Of a stretch of DNA of 64,000 nucleotides, positions 62,479 to 64,000 are shown one piece after another (within the stretch, counting starts at the first letter, position 1; every line of letters starts with the position of its first letter). Both the position numbers and the translations under genes were made by a program. The stretch is from Deltaproteobacteria bacterium (GTDB lineage: Bacteria > Desulfobacterota > Desulfobacteria > Desulfobacterales > JAFDMD01), in assembly GCA_019306065.1 (NCBI GenBank), contig JAFDMF010000011.1, forward strand, positions 6,311-70,310. Reading direction: 5' to 3'. Under the pieces are notes generated by a model. It was not told the origin of the DNA and did not search any database. It worked only from the letters and a program-made list of their open reading frames with translations.

Positions 62479-63741
62479 ATGGAGTATGAAGAAAGCATGA
62501 ATTTAAACTATATAAAAGGCGTTGATCCTGAAATAGAAAAAATAATTATAGATGAAACTAAAAGACAGCAATATACTCTGGAGCTTATAGCTTCGGAAAA
62601 TATAGTAAGCAGGGCAGTAATGGAGGCTCAGGGGAGTATTTTGACTAACAAATACGCCGAAGGGTATCCTAAAGCGAGATACTATGGAGGATGCGAATTC
62701 GCAGATGCAGCGGAAAATGTTGCAATCAGCCGCGCAAAGAAACTTTTTAACGCGGAATATGTAAATGTTCAGCCTCATTCTGGCTCTCAGGCAAATATGG
62801 CGGTATATTTTGCCCTTTTAAAACCGGGAGATACTATTTTGAGTATGAAGCTTTCTCATGGAGGGCATCTTACTCATGGAAGCGAAGTAAATTTTTCGGG
62901 AAAGATTTATAATATTATTCATTACGGGCTTAATAAGGATACGGGGCTTATTGATTATAACGAGATTGAAAGGCTTGCCGTAAAATATAAACCTAATATG
63001 ATTATAGCCGGAGCAAGTGCTTATCCAAGAATTTTGGATTTTAAAAAATTTGGCGAAATTGCAAAATTGGCAAACGCATATTTGATGGTTGATATGGCTC
63101 ATATAGCGGGTCTTGTAGCAGCAGGAGTTCACCCTTCTCCGATGCCTTTTGCAGATATCGCCACTACTACCACTCATAAAACTTTAAGAGGACCCAGAGG
63201 CGGTATGATTCTTGCAAAAGCCGAATTTGAAAAAAAGATTAATTCTTCTATATTTCCGGGTATGCAAGGAGGACCTCTTATGCATGTAATAGCGGCAAAA
63301 GCCGTGGCATTTAAGGAGGCTCTTTCAAAAGAATTTTGCGATTATCAACATAATATTGTCCGAAATGCCAAAACAATTGCAGATACGCTTGCCAAAGAGG
63401 GCATTAAACTTATCACGGGCGGCGCTGATAATCATATGATTCTTATTGATTTAAGAAACTTAAATATTACCGGAAAAGAAGCCGAAGAGATTTTGGAATT
63501 TGCCGGAATTACCGTAAATAAAAATGCGGTGCCTTTTGATTCTTTACCGCCTACAATTACCGGCGGAATAAGGATTGGCACTCCGGCGGTTACTACAAGA
63601 GGTATGAAACAGCGGGAAATGATTAAGATAGCGGAATTTATAATTAGGATTTTAAAATCGAAAAAGGATTCGCAGATGATAAAAAATATAAGAAAAGAGG
63701 TTTATGATTTGTGTAAAAGTTTTCCGATTTATCAATATTAA
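62479..63741 (+). CDS. glyA: Serine hydroxymethyltransferase
   Basis: 420 aa. LIASEN, the PLP-Lys region [14 protein letters not shown], and [13 protein letters not shown] are present. Confidence 0.95.
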   Translation: MEYEESMNLNYIKGVDPEIEKIIIDETKRQQYTLELIASENIVSRAVMEAQGSILTNKYAEGYPKARYYGGCEFADAAENVAISRAKKLFNAEYVNVQPHSGSQANMAVYFALLKPGDTILSMKLSHGGHLTHGSEVNFSGKIYNIIHYGLNKDTGLIDYNEIERLAVKYKPNMIIAGASAYPRILDFKKFGEIAKLANAYLMVDMAHIAGLVAAGVHPSPMPFADIATTTTHKTLRGPRGGMILAKAEFEKKINSSIFPGMQGGPLMHVIAAKAVAFKEALSKEFCDYQHNIVRNAKTIADTLAKEGIKLITGGADNHMILIDLRNLNITGKEAEEILEFAGITVNKNAVPFDSLPPTITGGIRIGTPAVTTRGMKQREMIKIAEFIIRILKSKKDSQMIKNIRKEVYDLCKSFPIYQY

Positions 63742-63771
63742 TTAATAAATGAATTATAGGAGCATTTAAGT

Positions 63772-64000
63772 ATGGCATTAACTAAAAATGATATAATATC
63801 AAAGATTTACAAACTCGGTTTTACTCAAAAACAAGCAGTTGATATTGTGGAATCGCTTTTTGAAATTTTAAAGAAAAATCTTGAAAAAAATAAAGATATT
63901 CTTATCACTCGTTTCGGAAAACTCTGCATAAAAGATAAAAATTCCCGAAAAGGAAGAAACCCAGCAACAGGTAGCGATTTGATACTTGATGCTAAAAGGG
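63772..64000 (+). CDS. HU/IHF-family DNA-binding protein, 3' end outside the window
   Basis: MALTKNDIISKIY...FGKLCIKDKNSRKGRNPATGSDL is a typical IHF/HU arm region. Confidence 0.85.
   Translation, partial: MALTKNDIISKIYKLGFTQKQAVDIVESLFEILKKNLEKNKDILITRFGKLCIKDKNSRKGRNPATGSDLILDAKR

Overview
Visibly AT-rich bacterial chromosome segment using the standard code (TGA, TAA and TAG all end well-supported genes). TolC, RlpA-SPOR and HlyD-type genes point to a diderm; I cannot assign a taxon. About two thirds is housekeeping. This includes the overlapping gyrA-gpsA-radC-orf83-pgk chain, thiolase, rlpA, coaX, a stand-alone EF-G, YedE/TusA, thyX, tsaC-alr-fdhD and pfk. It also includes a LOG-family gene, the rimP-nusA-infB-rbfA-nrnA-truB-rpsO-pnp operon with tRNA-Gly(CCC) upstream, PNP-mtaD-DUF362, glyA and an HU/IHF gene. 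Accessory loci are interspersed. (1) 30.9-39.1 kb is a same-strand secreted-peptide island: TolC, five short double-glycine-leader precursor ORFs of two families (four missing from the ORF track), a radical SAM/SPASM enzyme with a C-terminal TPR domain, a 59-aa two-TM ORF, HlyD and a C39-peptidase ABC exporter. This is my best candidate for an undescribed system. (2) An intact type III R-M (mod/res). (3) An intact BcgI-like type IIB R-M (endonuclease-methylase fusion plus S subunit). (4) A decayed type IIG-like methylase/nuclease pair, broken mostly at homopolymer runs plus one in-frame TAG. (5) A decayed type III-A CRISPR-Cas relic (cas6, csm4 C-terminus, csm5 N-terminus, a CARF-like tail) with no array. 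In it a SIR2-like gene, itself frameshifted, occupies the cas10-csm2-csm3 position. (6) A glutaredoxin-like ORF overlapping the pnp stop has TGA exactly at the active-site Cys position, so it is either a selenoprotein candidate or a pseudogene. A modular MITE-like intergenic repeat family occurs at 11 or more loci; one module supplies the Shine-Dalgarno region directly upstream of coaX, pfk and mtaD. All calls come from reading translations and motifs by eye; no database search was possible.
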